Positions 32,451 through 41,159 of a stretch of DNA of 64,000 bases are shown in pieces. The notes beneath the pieces are model-generated. The model had not been told where the DNA came from. It worked only from the letters and a program-made list of their open reading frames with translations, and ran no database searches. Source of the stretch: an uncultured Gemmatimonadales bacterium (lineage in GTDB: Bacteria; Gemmatimonadota; Gemmatimonadetes; Gemmatimonadales; GWC2-71-9). Location of the stretch: assembly GCA_963795085.1 (NCBI GenBank), contig CAWCFX010000002.1, positions 352,001-416,000 of the forward strand. Reading direction: 5' to 3'. Each line of letters opens with the position of its first letter. The stretch's first letter is position 1. Made by a program: the position numbers and the translations under genes.

Positions 32451-33373
32451 CCGCCCGGCGCTGGTGGCACCTCCTCCAGGTGGTGGCGGGATTGGCCGTC
32501 CTGTTCTTCGCGGCCCACCATTTCTGGGAAGACTGGGACCAGTTCCGGACGGTGAACATCGACTGGGAATTTCGCCCGTCGCTGATTGCGCTCAGCATGG
32601 CGACCACCCTGGTGATGTATGCCCTGCTGATCACCGCGTGGCGGCTCTTCCTGGAGGACTGGGGTCAGACCCTGGGCCGCTGGCAGGCCGCACGGATCTG
32701 GACCGTCGCCAACCTGGGCAAATACATCCCGGGAAAGATCTGGGCCATCGCCGGCCTCGCCATCATGGCCCAGCGACAGGGCGTGGCCCCCTGGGCGGCC
32801 ACCGCGTCGGCCGTGATTCTCCAGGCCCTCGCCGTCGGCACTGGTGTGATCATGGTGGCGATGGCCGGCCCCGGCGTCCTGGCCGTTAGGCACCCCTGGA
32901 CCATCCTGGCCCTGTGGCTGCTGGCGGGCCTGAGCGCGGTCGCCGTGGGGCTGCTGATCAACCCCGGGATCAATCGCTGGCTTACCCGGCGGGTCCTGGG
33001 CCGGGACGACCTGGGCTCCCCCCGGTCCCGTACCGTCGTCCTCGGCATCGGCGTCAACCTCCTGGCCTGGGCCGGGTACGGGCTCGCCTTCTGGCTGCTG
33101 CAGCGGGGAACGATTCCCGCGGCACCGCTGACCCTTGGCACCGCCATCGGCGCCTTCACAGCCTCTTATCTTGCCGGCCTGCTGTTCCTTCTTGCCCCGG
33201 GCGGATTACTGGTGCGGGAGAGTATTTTGGTCCTCATGCTGGAGGGGTCGATCGGCCTGGGGCCGGCCGGCGCCCTCGCGGTTGCCTCCCGGCTCATGCT
33301 GACATTGACTGAAATCGGAGTCGCGGTGCCTTTCCTTGTAATACCTACGGAGCAGAGACGTGTCGCCAGCTGA
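32447..33373 (+). CDS. Lysylphosphatidylglycerol-synthase-TM (UPF0104) flippase-like membrane protein
   Basis: Polytopic hydrophobic protein with NLGKYIPGKIW, APGGL.VRE and SRL motifs. ATGA overlap. Confidence 0.8.
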   Translation: MTARRWWHLLQVVAGLAVLFFAAHHFWEDWDQFRTVNIDWEFRPSLIALSMATTLVMYALLITAWRLFLEDWGQTLGRWQAARIWTVANLGKYIPGKIWAIAGLAIMAQRQGVAPWAATASAVILQALAVGTGVIMVAMAGPGVLAVRHPWTILALWLLAGLSAVAVGLLINPGINRWLTRRVLGRDDLGSPRSRTVVLGIGVNLLAWAGYGLAFWLLQRGTIPAAPLTLGTAIGAFTASYLAGLLFLLAPGGLLVRESILVLMLEGSIGLGPAGALAVASRLMLTLTEIGVAVPFLVIPTEQRRVAS

Positions 33374-35717
33374 GTCCCCGACCTATCAACCCCGGCATCC
33401 CACCCTGGTCGCCGGCCTCATCTTTGTCCTGGCCGCGCTGGCCATATGCGCGCCCATGCTGGCCGGCCGGTTTCTCCTCGGCAACGACCAGTTCCACGTC
33501 GGTTACGGGTTCCGGGCCTGGGGGGCGGAAATGTTCCAGCAGACCGGCCATATTCCCCAGTGGAACCCGCTCCAGTTCGGCGGCATGCCGTTCATTGCGG
33601 CGATGCACGGCGACATTTTCTACCCCACCGCGTGGCTCCGCTGGTTCCTGCCCATCGATACGGCGATGAACATCGGCCTGGCCCTGCACATCGTGTTGGC
33701 GGGGATCTCCATGTTTTTCCTGCTCCGGGGACTCCGGCTCAGCTGGACCGCAGCCATCGCCGGCGGCGTAGCCTACGAACTGAGCGGCATCGTGGTCTCC
33801 ATGGTCAACCCGGGCCACGATGGCAAGCTCTACGTGTCCGCGCTCGCGCCCCTGGCGTTCCTGGCCCTCCTGCGGGCGATTCGCGGGCGACGGATGGGAT
33901 CCTACGGGTTCCTGGCCGTCGTGGTCGGCCTGTGCATGCTCACGCCGCACTACCAGATGACCTATTACCTCCTCGTGGCGTGCGGCCTCTGGACCCTGTT
34001 CCTCGTCTTCTTCGATCCCGAACGACCGGCGGACATCCGTTGGCCGGTCCCCCTGGCCCTGGCGGGGGTGGCGGTCGTCCTCGGCATCGGCATTTCCGGC
34101 CTGCAGGCCATCCCCTTCCTGGAGTACATCCCGTTTTCCCCGCGCGGCGCCGGCGGCCCCAGCGCCGGGTGGGAGTACGCGACCTCCTATGCGTTTCCGG
34201 TCAAGGAACTGCCGACCATCGTGCTGCCCCAGTTCAACGGGTTCATGGCGAGCTACTGGGGCGGCAACTTTCTCAAGGATCACACCGAGTATCTCGGCGT
34301 GGCCGTGGTCACCCTCGCGACACTGGCCTTCGGGGCCCCGGGCCAGAAACGACTCCTCTGGGGATTGGGCGCCATTGCCATCCTGTTCCTGCTGGTGGCT
34401 TTCGGGGCCCACACCCCGTTCTATCGGGCCTGGTACGAAGTCATGCCGATGATGAAAAAGGTCAGGGCGCCGGGAATGGCGTTCTACCTGGTGGCGCTGG
34501 TCGTGTGCGTCTATGCCGCGATCGGCGTGGACCGTCTGCTCAAGGGCGAGATCCCGTGGAAACGGATCGCCATGGTGACCGGGGTGCTGGCCGCCTTCGC
34601 GCTGCTGGGCATCCTCGGCGCCCTCAAGACGGTCGCGGAGGTTTTGGTGGTGCCGGAGCAGACCGGCCGTCTCGCGGCCCAGGCCGACGCGATCCGGGGC
34701 GGGGCACTCCGCATGCTGCTGGCCGTCGGGGCCACCGCGCTGGTCCTCTGGGTGGTGCATGCCGGACGGATCCGCGGCCTTGCGGCCGCCGCCGCCCTCG
34801 CCGTGGTCATCGGCGCCGACCTGTGGAGTATCGACCGGTTGTTCCTCCAGTACCGCGCGCCCGCCGGGGAACTGTTTCGGTCCGATCCCATCATCGAAGC
34901 CATGAAGGCGAAGAAGCTGCCGTTCCGGGTCTTCGACACCGGGCAGATAAGCGGTGGTACGGTGTACGATTACTCCCTCATGATGGCCCATGGGATTCCC
35001 TCCTTGCTGGGCTATCACGGCAACGAGGTCCGTTTCTATGATGATCTCATGGGGGGGAAGAATGTCTGGCAGAACGCCCTCAACCTCGGCCTCTGGGACC
35101 TGATGGCCGTCCGCTACCTGATCGTCAGGGATTCGCAGCCGATTCCCGGCTTTCACATTGCAGTGGGGCCCGTGGCGACCGCCGGGGGAGAGACAGCCTA
35201 CCTCTACGAGCAGGATTCGGTGCCACCATACGTGCGGGTGACGGCCGCGGCCGCCACCGTCCCCGAAGAGCGGCTGGTCGCCACGGTGTCCGACCCCCGG
35301 TTCCCGGTGGAAAGCCTGGTACTGTATTCAGATACGGCCTCCGTCAGGCCCGAACCCATCCAGGGCGCCTTCATTCCGCCGGCCCCGGTGACGGCTGAGC
35401 TGACCGAGTGGGCCCCCGGCCGAATGACCATCCGCCTCACCGGGACCTCGCTCAAGCCGACCTACCTCCTGGTGAGCGAAACCTGGTATCCCGACTGGAG
35501 CGCGACGGTGGACGGCAGCCCGGCGCCAGTGCTGCGCGGCGACCATGCCCTCATATCGGTAGTTGTGCCGCCGGGGGCGAAAGAAGTCGCCCTCGCCTTT
35601 GACGACGACGGCTACCGCACGGGCAAGCTCGTCTCCCTGGTGTCGAGCCTGCTCGCGCTGGGCCTCGTGGTCGGGCCCGCCGTCCGCCACCGCAAGCGAG
35701 AGGCGGCGGGTGTTTAA
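33360..35717 (+). CDS. YfhO-family / GT-C-like polytopic membrane glycosyltransferase
   Basis: GHIPQWNP..FGGMP, FYP, many TM helices, GYHG, LLVSETWYPDWSATVDG..VPPG..EV.L.F, and a C-terminal TM. Confidence 0.8.
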   Translation: MSPAESPTYQPRHPTLVAGLIFVLAALAICAPMLAGRFLLGNDQFHVGYGFRAWGAEMFQQTGHIPQWNPLQFGGMPFIAAMHGDIFYPTAWLRWFLPIDTAMNIGLALHIVLAGISMFFLLRGLRLSWTAAIAGGVAYELSGIVVSMVNPGHDGKLYVSALAPLAFLALLRAIRGRRMGSYGFLAVVVGLCMLTPHYQMTYYLLVACGLWTLFLVFFDPERPADIRWPVPLALAGVAVVLGIGISGLQAIPFLEYIPFSPRGAGGPSAGWEYATSYAFPVKELPTIVLPQFNGFMASYWGGNFLKDHTEYLGVAVVTLATLAFGAPGQKRLLWGLGAIAILFLLVAFGAHTPFYRAWYEVMPMMKKVRAPGMAFYLVALVVCVYAAIGVDRLLKGEIPWKRIAMVTGVLAAFALLGILGALKTVAEVLVVPEQTGRLAAQADAIRGGALRMLLAVGATALVLWVVHAGRIRGLAAAAALAVVIGADLWSIDRLFLQYRAPAGELFRSDPIIEAMKAKKLPFRVFDTGQISGGTVYDYSLMMAHGIPSLLGYHGNEVRFYDDLMGGKNVWQNALNLGLWDLMAVRYLIVRDSQPIPGFHIAVGPVATAGGETAYLYEQDSVPPYVRVTAAAATVPEERLVATVSDPRFPVESLVLYSDTASVRPEPIQGAFIPPAPVTAELTEWAPGRMTIRLTGTSLKPTYLLVSETWYPDWSATVDGSPAPVLRGDHALISVVVPPGAKEVALAFDDDGYRTGKLVSLVSSLLALGLVVGPAVRHRKREAAGV

Positions 35718-36429
35718 GCGCATTCTCGTGGTAGTGCCCACCTATAACGAGCTCATGAACCTGCCCCACCTGGTGCCGGTGATACTGAGCCAGGACGCCC
35801 GCCTGCAGGTCCTGGTGGTGGACGACAACTCCCCCGACGGCACCGGCGCCTTCGCCGACCGGCTCGCCGAGATCGAGCCCCGGGTCCACGTGTTGCACCG
35901 GACCGCCAAGGAGGGCCTGGGGAAAGCCTACATTGCCGGCTTCCGGTGGGCGCTGGCCCGCGACTACGAGATCATCTTCGAGATGGACGCCGATTTCTCC
36001 CATAACCCGGAGCGCATCAGCGATTTCCTCCGGGCGCTGGAAGATGCGGACCTGGTCCTCGGATCCCGCTACGCCAAGGGTGTCAACGTTATCAACTGGC
36101 CCATATCCCGGCTGCTCCTGTCCCTGGGCGCCAACCTTTACGCCCGCTGGGTCACCGGACTGCCCCTGACCGACGCCACCGGGGGATACAAGGCATTCCG
36201 CCGCCAGGTCCTGGAGGCCATTGAACTCGACCAGGTCCGCTCGAACGGGTACGCCTTCCAGATCGAGATGAGCTTCCTGGCATGGAAGAAGGGGTTCCGG
36301 CTCAAAGAGATTCCGATCGTCTTTACCGACCGCGCCGAGGGGCAGAGCAAGATGAACAAGCGCATCGTGCGGGAGGCGATCTGGATGGTCTGGTGGCTCC
36401 GCCTCCGGGCGATCTTTCGGCGGATATGA
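35710..36429 (+). CDS. Polyprenol monophosphomannose synthase (Ppm1/Dpm1-like GT2)
   Basis: VPTYNE..N, VDDNSPDGTG, K.GLG.AY..GF, EMDADFSHNP, GSRY, D.TGG.K, SNGYAFQIE, G.SKM. GTG start at 35710. Confidence 0.9.
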   Translation: MFKRILVVVPTYNELMNLPHLVPVILSQDARLQVLVVDDNSPDGTGAFADRLAEIEPRVHVLHRTAKEGLGKAYIAGFRWALARDYEIIFEMDADFSHNPERISDFLRALEDADLVLGSRYAKGVNVINWPISRLLLSLGANLYARWVTGLPLTDATGGYKAFRRQVLEAIELDQVRSNGYAFQIEMSFLAWKKGFRLKEIPIVFTDRAEGQSKMNKRIVREAIWMVWWLRLRAIFRRI

Positions 36430-36433
36430 CACC

Positions 36434-37249
36434 ATGAGATTCTGGAAAATGACGGGGTCCGGTAACGATTTTGTCATGCTGGACGGGCGCCATACCCGGC
36501 CGGCCGACTGGCCCGCCCGCCGGATCGTGGACATCTGCCATCGCCGCAACGGGGTCGGGGCAGACGGCCTCGTCATCCTGACTCCCGAGGCCGGCTCCAT
36601 CGTCCGGATGACTTTCTTCAATTCCGACGGGTCCGAGGCCTCCATGTGCGGCAATGCCGCCCTCTGCAGCACAACCCTCTCCGGACTCCTGGATTTGGCG
36701 CCGGCAGAGGGAATGCTCCTGGCCACCGGGGCAGGCACCTTTCCCACCCGGCGGACCGGCCAGCTCGATGAATCCTCCCTCAACCTCCCGGACTTCCCGG
36801 TTCCGGTGGCTCCAGCGATCCGCCCCGGCCCGGGGGAGCGGGGAATCTGGCTGGGGACCGTCGGCGTCCCCCATCTCACCGTGCTGGTTGACGATGTGGA
36901 TAATATCGACATCCAGGGGCGGGGGCGGGCCCTCCGCTTTGACCCAGCCGCAGGACCAGGGGGGGCAAACGTCAATTTCTTGACAGTACGCCGGCAGGGG
37001 GATCAGCCGGAGTGGCTGATGCGGACCTATGAACGAGGTGTAGAAGGGGAAACCCTGGCATGCGGCACCGGCGCGGTCGCCTCGGCGGTCGCCTTGAGTC
37101 GCTTCGCCAAGGCCGCGCTGCCTCTGAGCATCACCACGAGGGGGGGAAAGCCGCTCTCAATCCGTGCCCGTCTGAGCGGCGAAATGGCCACCGATGTCTG
37201 GCTGACCGGGGAAGGACGGCTCGTGTTCGAGGGCAACCTTTCCGAATAG
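36434..37249 (+). CDS. dapF: Diaminopimelate epimerase
   Basis: KM.G.GNDF, R..GVGADG, NSDGSEASMCGN, G.PH, G.NVNF, RTYERGVEGETLACGTG. Confidence 0.95.
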   Translation: MRFWKMTGSGNDFVMLDGRHTRPADWPARRIVDICHRRNGVGADGLVILTPEAGSIVRMTFFNSDGSEASMCGNAALCSTTLSGLLDLAPAEGMLLATGAGTFPTRRTGQLDESSLNLPDFPVPVAPAIRPGPGERGIWLGTVGVPHLTVLVDDVDNIDIQGRGRALRFDPAAGPGGANVNFLTVRRQGDQPEWLMRTYERGVEGETLACGTGAVASAVALSRFAKAALPLSITTRGGKPLSIRARLSGEMATDVWLTGEGRLVFEGNLSE

Positions 37250-37333
37250 CGCTGTTCAACAACCTCCATAATCCACCGGCTGCTGCTGCGAGGGATCGGG
37301 TAGGCCCACTTATCAACAGTTACTAACATTGCT

Positions 37334-37361
37334 ACTTAACATAACATATCTTATACGACCT
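37334..37361 (-). other. dif site (XerCD chromosome-dimer resolution site)
   Basis: The minus strand reads AGGTCGTATAA-GATATG-TTATGTTAAGT, an 11-6-11 layout with the XerD arm 10/11 identical to E. coli TTATGTTAAAT. It lies in an AT-rich intergenic gap where gene orientation converges. Confidence 0.9.
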
Positions 37362-37401
37362 AGCGTGTCAGGCCACTGTCAGCTTGCTGCCCGATACACG
37401 A

Positions 37402-37431
37402 ATCGCCCCGGAACTGACGTCCCGAGGCGAT
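37402..37431 (-). terminator. Hairpin downstream of the TPR gene (probable terminator)
   Basis: Minus strand ATCGCCTCGGGA-CGTCAG-TTCCGGGGCGAT, a 12-bp stem with G-U pairs and a weak U-tract. Confidence 0.55.
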
Positions 37432-37453
37432 CTTACGACTGGGCTCTCGAAGC

Positions 37454-38116
37454 CTAGAGGCTGCCCCGCGTCATTTCGGCCAAGCGAACCTGGGCCTCCA
37501 CGAACGGTCCGGTCTTCGAATACTTCTCGATGACGGTCCGGTACGCAGCCTCGGCTTCCGCGGTCTTTCCTCCGATCCGGTAGGCTCGGCCGGCCTGCAA
37601 CAGGTAATCCGCCTTGAGATAATCCACTCCGGCGGCGTCGGCGGCCCGCTGGTACGCTTCGCCGGCTTCCACCGGCCGGCTCACGTTCTCCAGGGCGGCG
37701 CCCAGAAGACCATAGGCGGCCGCAGCGTACCTGGCATCGGGGTTCGCCGCCACGAACTCACGGAGCCGGACCACGGCCAGCTCGCTCTGGCCGCTGATCA
37801 GCCGCATCTGGTTCAGCGCAATCTCGGCCTCCTGGGCGGCCGCGCTTCCGCTGTAGGTGTCAATAATCTTCTGAAACTCCCCCGAGGCGGCGGGAATATT
37901 CCCGGTCTCGGCGATATTCCGCGCCTGGCCCAGCGCCCGGGATGCGAAGTCTTCCCGGCGCGTCCTGGCGGTTGTCAGGAACCAGACAGCGGCGACCACG
38001 GCGATAAGGATGCCGCCCGCGATGAGCAGGAGCTTGCGGTGGGCCTGGGCCCAGGCGATGGTGCGGTCCGCGGCGGTGTCTGAAGTGTGCGGTTGGGCTG
38101 TCAATGTCGAGGCCAT
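37454..38116 (-). CDS. Membrane-anchored TPR protein (YfgM-like)
   Basis: Single N-terminal TM followed by TPR helices (FQKIIDTYSGS.AA, Y..VIEKY..T). ATG at 38116, just downstream of tRNA-Arg. Confidence 0.75.
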   Translation of the reverse strand: MASTLTAQPHTSDTAADRTIAWAQAHRKLLLIAGGILIAVVAAVWFLTTARTRREDFASRALGQARNIAETGNIPAASGEFQKIIDTYSGSAAAQEAEIALNQMRLISGQSELAVVRLREFVAANPDARYAAAAYGLLGAALENVSRPVEAGEAYQRAADAAGVDYLKADYLLQAGRAYRIGGKTAEAEAAYRTVIEKYSKTGPFVEAQVRLAEMTRGSL

Positions 38117-38141
38117 GAAGATCCTGAAACGGTTCGCGAGG

Positions 38142-38215
38142 TGCCCCCGGCGAGACTCGAACACGCAACCCTCGGTTTAGGAAACCGATGCTCTATCCAG
38201 TTGAGCTACGGGGGC
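38142..38215 (-). tRNA. tRNA-Arg(CCT)
   Basis: GCCCCCGTAGCTCAACTGGATAGAGCATCGGTTTCCTAAACCGAGGGTTGCGTGTTCGAGTCTCGCCGGGGGCA forms a cloverleaf with anticodon CCT. CCA is not fully encoded. Confidence 0.95.
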
Positions 38216-38255
38216 AGAACCCGGGAAATAACGCCGTTCCGGCACGCTAAGTCAA

Positions 38256-38789
38256 TTAGACAGTGACAATTGCCTCCACCGGCACCCCTGCCCCCAACCG
38301 GGCCCGGCCAGCGAGCGCGCCGATCTCCAGGAGGAAACTCCAGCCCGCCACCGTTGCGCCCAGTGCCTGGACCAGGCCGGCGGCCGCCGCCGCGGTTCCC
38401 CCGGTGGCCAGGACATCGTCCACGATGAGAACCCTCTCGCCGCGCTCGAAGGCATCCTCGTGGGCTTCGACTACGTTGGTGCCATACTCGAGCACGTACT
38501 CCTGGCGGATCGTCCGGTATGGAAGCTTGCCAGGTTTGCGCACCGGTACAAACCCCGCCGAGAGCTCCAACGCCACCGTTCCGCCCAGGATGAACCCCCG
38601 TGCCTCGATACCCACGACTTTGGTGATTCCGCTCCCGGCGAACGGGCGGGCCATCGCGGCACTGACCTCTCGAAGGAGGTCGGGATCCCCCAGGACAGGG
38701 GTGATATCCTGAAAGAGAATCCCCGGCTGGGGGTAGTCGGGGATGGCGCGAAGGCGGTTGCGAATCAATTGGTCGAGCGATGCAGTCAC
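38256..38789 (-). CDS. apt: Adenine phosphoribosyltransferase
   Basis: IPDYPQPGILFQDITP, GIEARGF, VRKPGKLP, LEYG, VLIVDDVLATGGT. Confidence 0.96.
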   Translation of the reverse strand: MTASLDQLIRNRLRAIPDYPQPGILFQDITPVLGDPDLLREVSAAMARPFAGSGITKVVGIEARGFILGGTVALELSAGFVPVRKPGKLPYRTIRQEYVLEYGTNVVEAHEDAFERGERVLIVDDVLATGGTAAAAAGLVQALGATVAGWSFLLEIGALAGRARLGAGVPVEAIVTV

Positions 38790-38805
38790 GTGCTAGTCCG
38801 GTGGA

Positions 38806-38814
38806 TGTGGATAA
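38806..38814 (-). promoter_or_regulatory. Perfect DnaA box upstream of apt
   Basis: TTATCCACA on the minus strand, in the short acyP-apt spacer. Confidence 0.5.
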
Positions 38815-38819
38815 AGCAA

Positions 38820-39092
38820 TCACATAATATCAAAGGAGTTATACCTGATCTCTTCATCCAAAATCTCTGTCCTGTCAACCTGTGTAACCCGAGCATGGGC
38901 GGGGCCGGCGACGAGCAGCTCGCCCAGTTCCCGGAGGGATTCCTCCGCACCCCTGACCACCACCTCAACCCGACCATCGTTGAGGTTTCTGGCCAGCCCG
39001 TGAAGACCAAGTCGGCGGCTGTGCCGGGCCACGAACCAGCGGAACCCGACCCCCTGCACCTCCCCGCTCACCAGGAACTTGGCGGCGGTCAT
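38820..39092 (-). CDS. acyP: Acylphosphatase
   Basis: VSGEVQGVGFR, G.ARNL.DGRVEV, GP..ARV. Confidence 0.93.
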   Translation of the reverse strand: MTAAKFLVSGEVQGVGFRWFVARHSRRLGLHGLARNLNDGRVEVVVRGAEESLRELGELLVAGPAHARVTQVDRTEILDEEIRYNSFDIM

Positions 39093-39718
39093 TCCGGGCG
39101 GGGCCGGCGCCGCCGGTGCCAGATGATGTAGAGCGCGATCAGGATCAGGGTCCCCGGAAGCACGTAGCGGACCAGGACATCGTGCGCCATGGCCTCGTAG
39201 GCGGTGCTCTTGAGCTGGTCCTCGTGGGTGCCCACGAACCACCCGATATAGGTGAGAATGGCGCACCATATCCCGGCTCCCAGGCCGGTGAAGAGGACGA
39301 ACCGGGCCAGGTTCATCCGGGCCATGCCGGCCGGGATCGAGATCAGGTGCCGGATCACGGGAAGCAGCCGTCCGACGAAGGTGCTTATCTCGCCGTGCCG
39401 GAGAAAATAGGCCTCGGTCCGGTCCAGCGACTTGTTGGAGAGGAGGATGAACTTCCCATAGCGCCGGAGGACCGGTTCTCCGATCCGGACCGCCAGCCAG
39501 TAGTTGGCGAGGGCCCCGAGAATGCTCCCCAGGGTTCCCGCGAGCACGGCGAGCACGGGATCCATCCGGCCCTTCGCCGCCAGGTAGCCCGCCGGCGGCA
39601 TGACCAGCTCACTCGGGAGAGGTACCACCGAGGACTCGATCGCCATGAGGAGAACGATGCCGGGATACCCCAGGGTGGAGACGGTTTCGATCAACCAGTT
39701 AAACAGGTTACCCAGCAT
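39089..39718 (-). CDS. DedA-family membrane protein
   Basis: LMAIESS..PLPSELVMPPAGY, GRLLPVIRHLISIPAG. Confidence 0.92.
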   Translation of the reverse strand: MLGNLFNWLIETVSTLGYPGIVLLMAIESSVVPLPSELVMPPAGYLAAKGRMDPVLAVLAGTLGSILGALANYWLAVRIGEPVLRRYGKFILLSNKSLDRTEAYFLRHGEISTFVGRLLPVIRHLISIPAGMARMNLARFVLFTGLGAGIWCAILTYIGWFVGTHEDQLKSTAYEAMAHDVLVRYVLPGTLILIALYIIWHRRRRPRPE

Positions 39719-40379
39719 TCGCGTTTCCGGTATCCAAGGGGTGAAAGCCGAACTGTCCCAGCAGGGGAACAAACCGGACATCGCCGAGGGAGGTCCGGGC
39801 AAATTCGCTCCCGGTCCGCTGGACCAGTGTCAGGGTCTGGTACTCGCGGTCGCCGAGGGGAATGACCAGCTTGCCTCCATCGGCCAGCTGCTGTTGCAGC
39901 GGCAGCGGCACATCGGGCGATGCCGCCGACACGATGATCGCATCGTAGGGGGCGAAAGCGCTCCACCCCAGGGTGCCGTCACCCACGAACACGGTGACAT
40001 TGCGGATTCCGGCCTGAGTGAGCGAAGCCCGGGCCGCCCGCGCCAGGGTGTCCACCCGCTCCACGCTGAACACCATGCTGGCCAGCCGGCCCAGCAGGGC
40101 GGTCTGGTATCCTGACCCGGTGCCGATCTCGAGGACTTTCTCGCGGCCGGTCAGGCCGGCCACTTCGAGCGACCGGGCCTGCACGTAGGGTTGGGAGATC
40201 GTCTGGCCGCTGGCAATGGGAAGGGCCGAGTCCTCATAGGCCCGGTGCCGCACGCCTTCCGGGACGAAGAGGTGCCGGGGGACGTCGCCCACTGCCTTGA
40301 GAACCCGCTCCTCCCGTATGCCCTTGCCGCGGAGCGCCTCGACCAGTTGCGCCCGGTACCCTCCGTAGCTGTCGGCCAC
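39708..40379 (-). CDS. pcm: Protein-L-isoaspartate O-methyltransferase
   Basis: VPRHLFV, AYED.ALPI..GQTISQP, VLEIGTGSGYQ, APYDAI, VRFVPL. Confidence 0.96.
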   Translation of the reverse strand: MADSYGGYRAQLVEALRGKGIREERVLKAVGDVPRHLFVPEGVRHRAYEDSALPIASGQTISQPYVQARSLEVAGLTGREKVLEIGTGSGYQTALLGRLASMVFSVERVDTLARAARASLTQAGIRNVTVFVGDGTLGWSAFAPYDAIIVSAASPDVPLPLQQQLADGGKLVIPLGDREYQTLTLVQRTGSEFARTSLGDVRFVPLLGQFGFHPLDTGNANAG

Positions 40380-41131
40380 TACCCCTCCAGGTTCCAGCCC
40401 CGCACGGTCTCGAAGAGCTGGTAGTTGGTCAGGTCCATGTGCAACGGAGTGATCGAAATATATCCCTCCGCCACCGCGCTGTGGTCGGTGTCGTCGCCGC
40501 CGGTCCAGGTGATGGTCCCCCCGCCGATCCAGAAGATCTCCCGGCCCCAGGGATCCTGCATCCGGGTCAGTGACTCGGAGAAGTACCGGCTGCCCAGCTT
40601 GGTAACCTTGATCCCCTTGACCGCGCTCGCGGGGATGGCGGGAAGATTGACGTTGAGCAACGTCTGCGGCGGGAAATCCTTCACCGCCGTGATCCGCCGG
40701 ATCAGCTGCGCGAGCGTCCCCCGGTAGGTGGCCATGGTCATCGGGTCATGGCCGGTAAACGAGATCCCGATGCCCGGCACACCCAGCGTCACCGCCTCCA
40801 TCGCCACCGACACGGTGCCCGAGTACAGGACATCTTCGCCCATGTTGGGGCCGTGGTTCACCCCGGAGAAGACGAAGTCCGGTTTCCCTTCCTTGATGAG
40901 CGCCCCGAAGGCAAGCAGTACGCAGTCGGTGGGCGTCCCGTCTACCTGGTACGCACCGTCGGGCCGGTGGGCTGCCCGGATGGGACGGTGCAGCGTGAGA
41001 GAGTGGGAGGTGCCACTCTGCTCCCGGTCCGGCGCCACCACCGTAACGCTGGCAACCTCGCGGCAGGCGTCCGCCAGGAGCGCCAGCCCGGGGGCCAGGA
41101 TACCATCGTCGTTACTCACCAGGATATGCAT
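40379..41131 (-). CDS. surE: 5'/3'-nucleotidase SurE
   Basis: ILVSNDDG..APG, VAPDREQSG.SHS, GTPTDCV, SG.N.G.N.G.D..YSGT. Confidence 0.96.
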   Translation of the reverse strand: MHILVSNDDGILAPGLALLADACREVASVTVVAPDREQSGTSHSLTLHRPIRAAHRPDGAYQVDGTPTDCVLLAFGALIKEGKPDFVFSGVNHGPNMGEDVLYSGTVSVAMEAVTLGVPGIGISFTGHDPMTMATYRGTLAQLIRRITAVKDFPPQTLLNVNLPAIPASAVKGIKVTKLGSRYFSESLTRMQDPWGREIFWIGGGTITWTGGDDTDHSAVAEGYISITPLHMDLTNYQLFETVRGWNLEG

Positions 41132-41137
41132 GCCGGG

Positions 41138-41143
41138 AGTATA
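41138..41143 (-). promoter_or_regulatory. -10 element of a probable leaderless surE promoter
   Basis: Minus strand TATACT-CCCGGC-ATG (6 nt to the start codon, no RBS). Confidence 0.6.
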
Positions 41144-41159
41144 AGGGAGATGGGGATAC

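Noticed and set aside
37250..37453. AT-rich gap with DnaA-like boxes as oriC
   Set aside because: Genes converge on it rather than diverge, a dif site is present, and no dnaA/dnaN/gidA/parAB context is seen.
37454..38164. Longer upstream starts given by the ORF track (38164 for the TPR gene, 51074 for the amidohydrolase, 57299 for uvrC, 43801 for plsY, 17088 for kdsA)
   Set aside because: The extensions run through tRNAs or neighbouring genes. Family N-termini and stop/start overlaps indicate the shorter starts.
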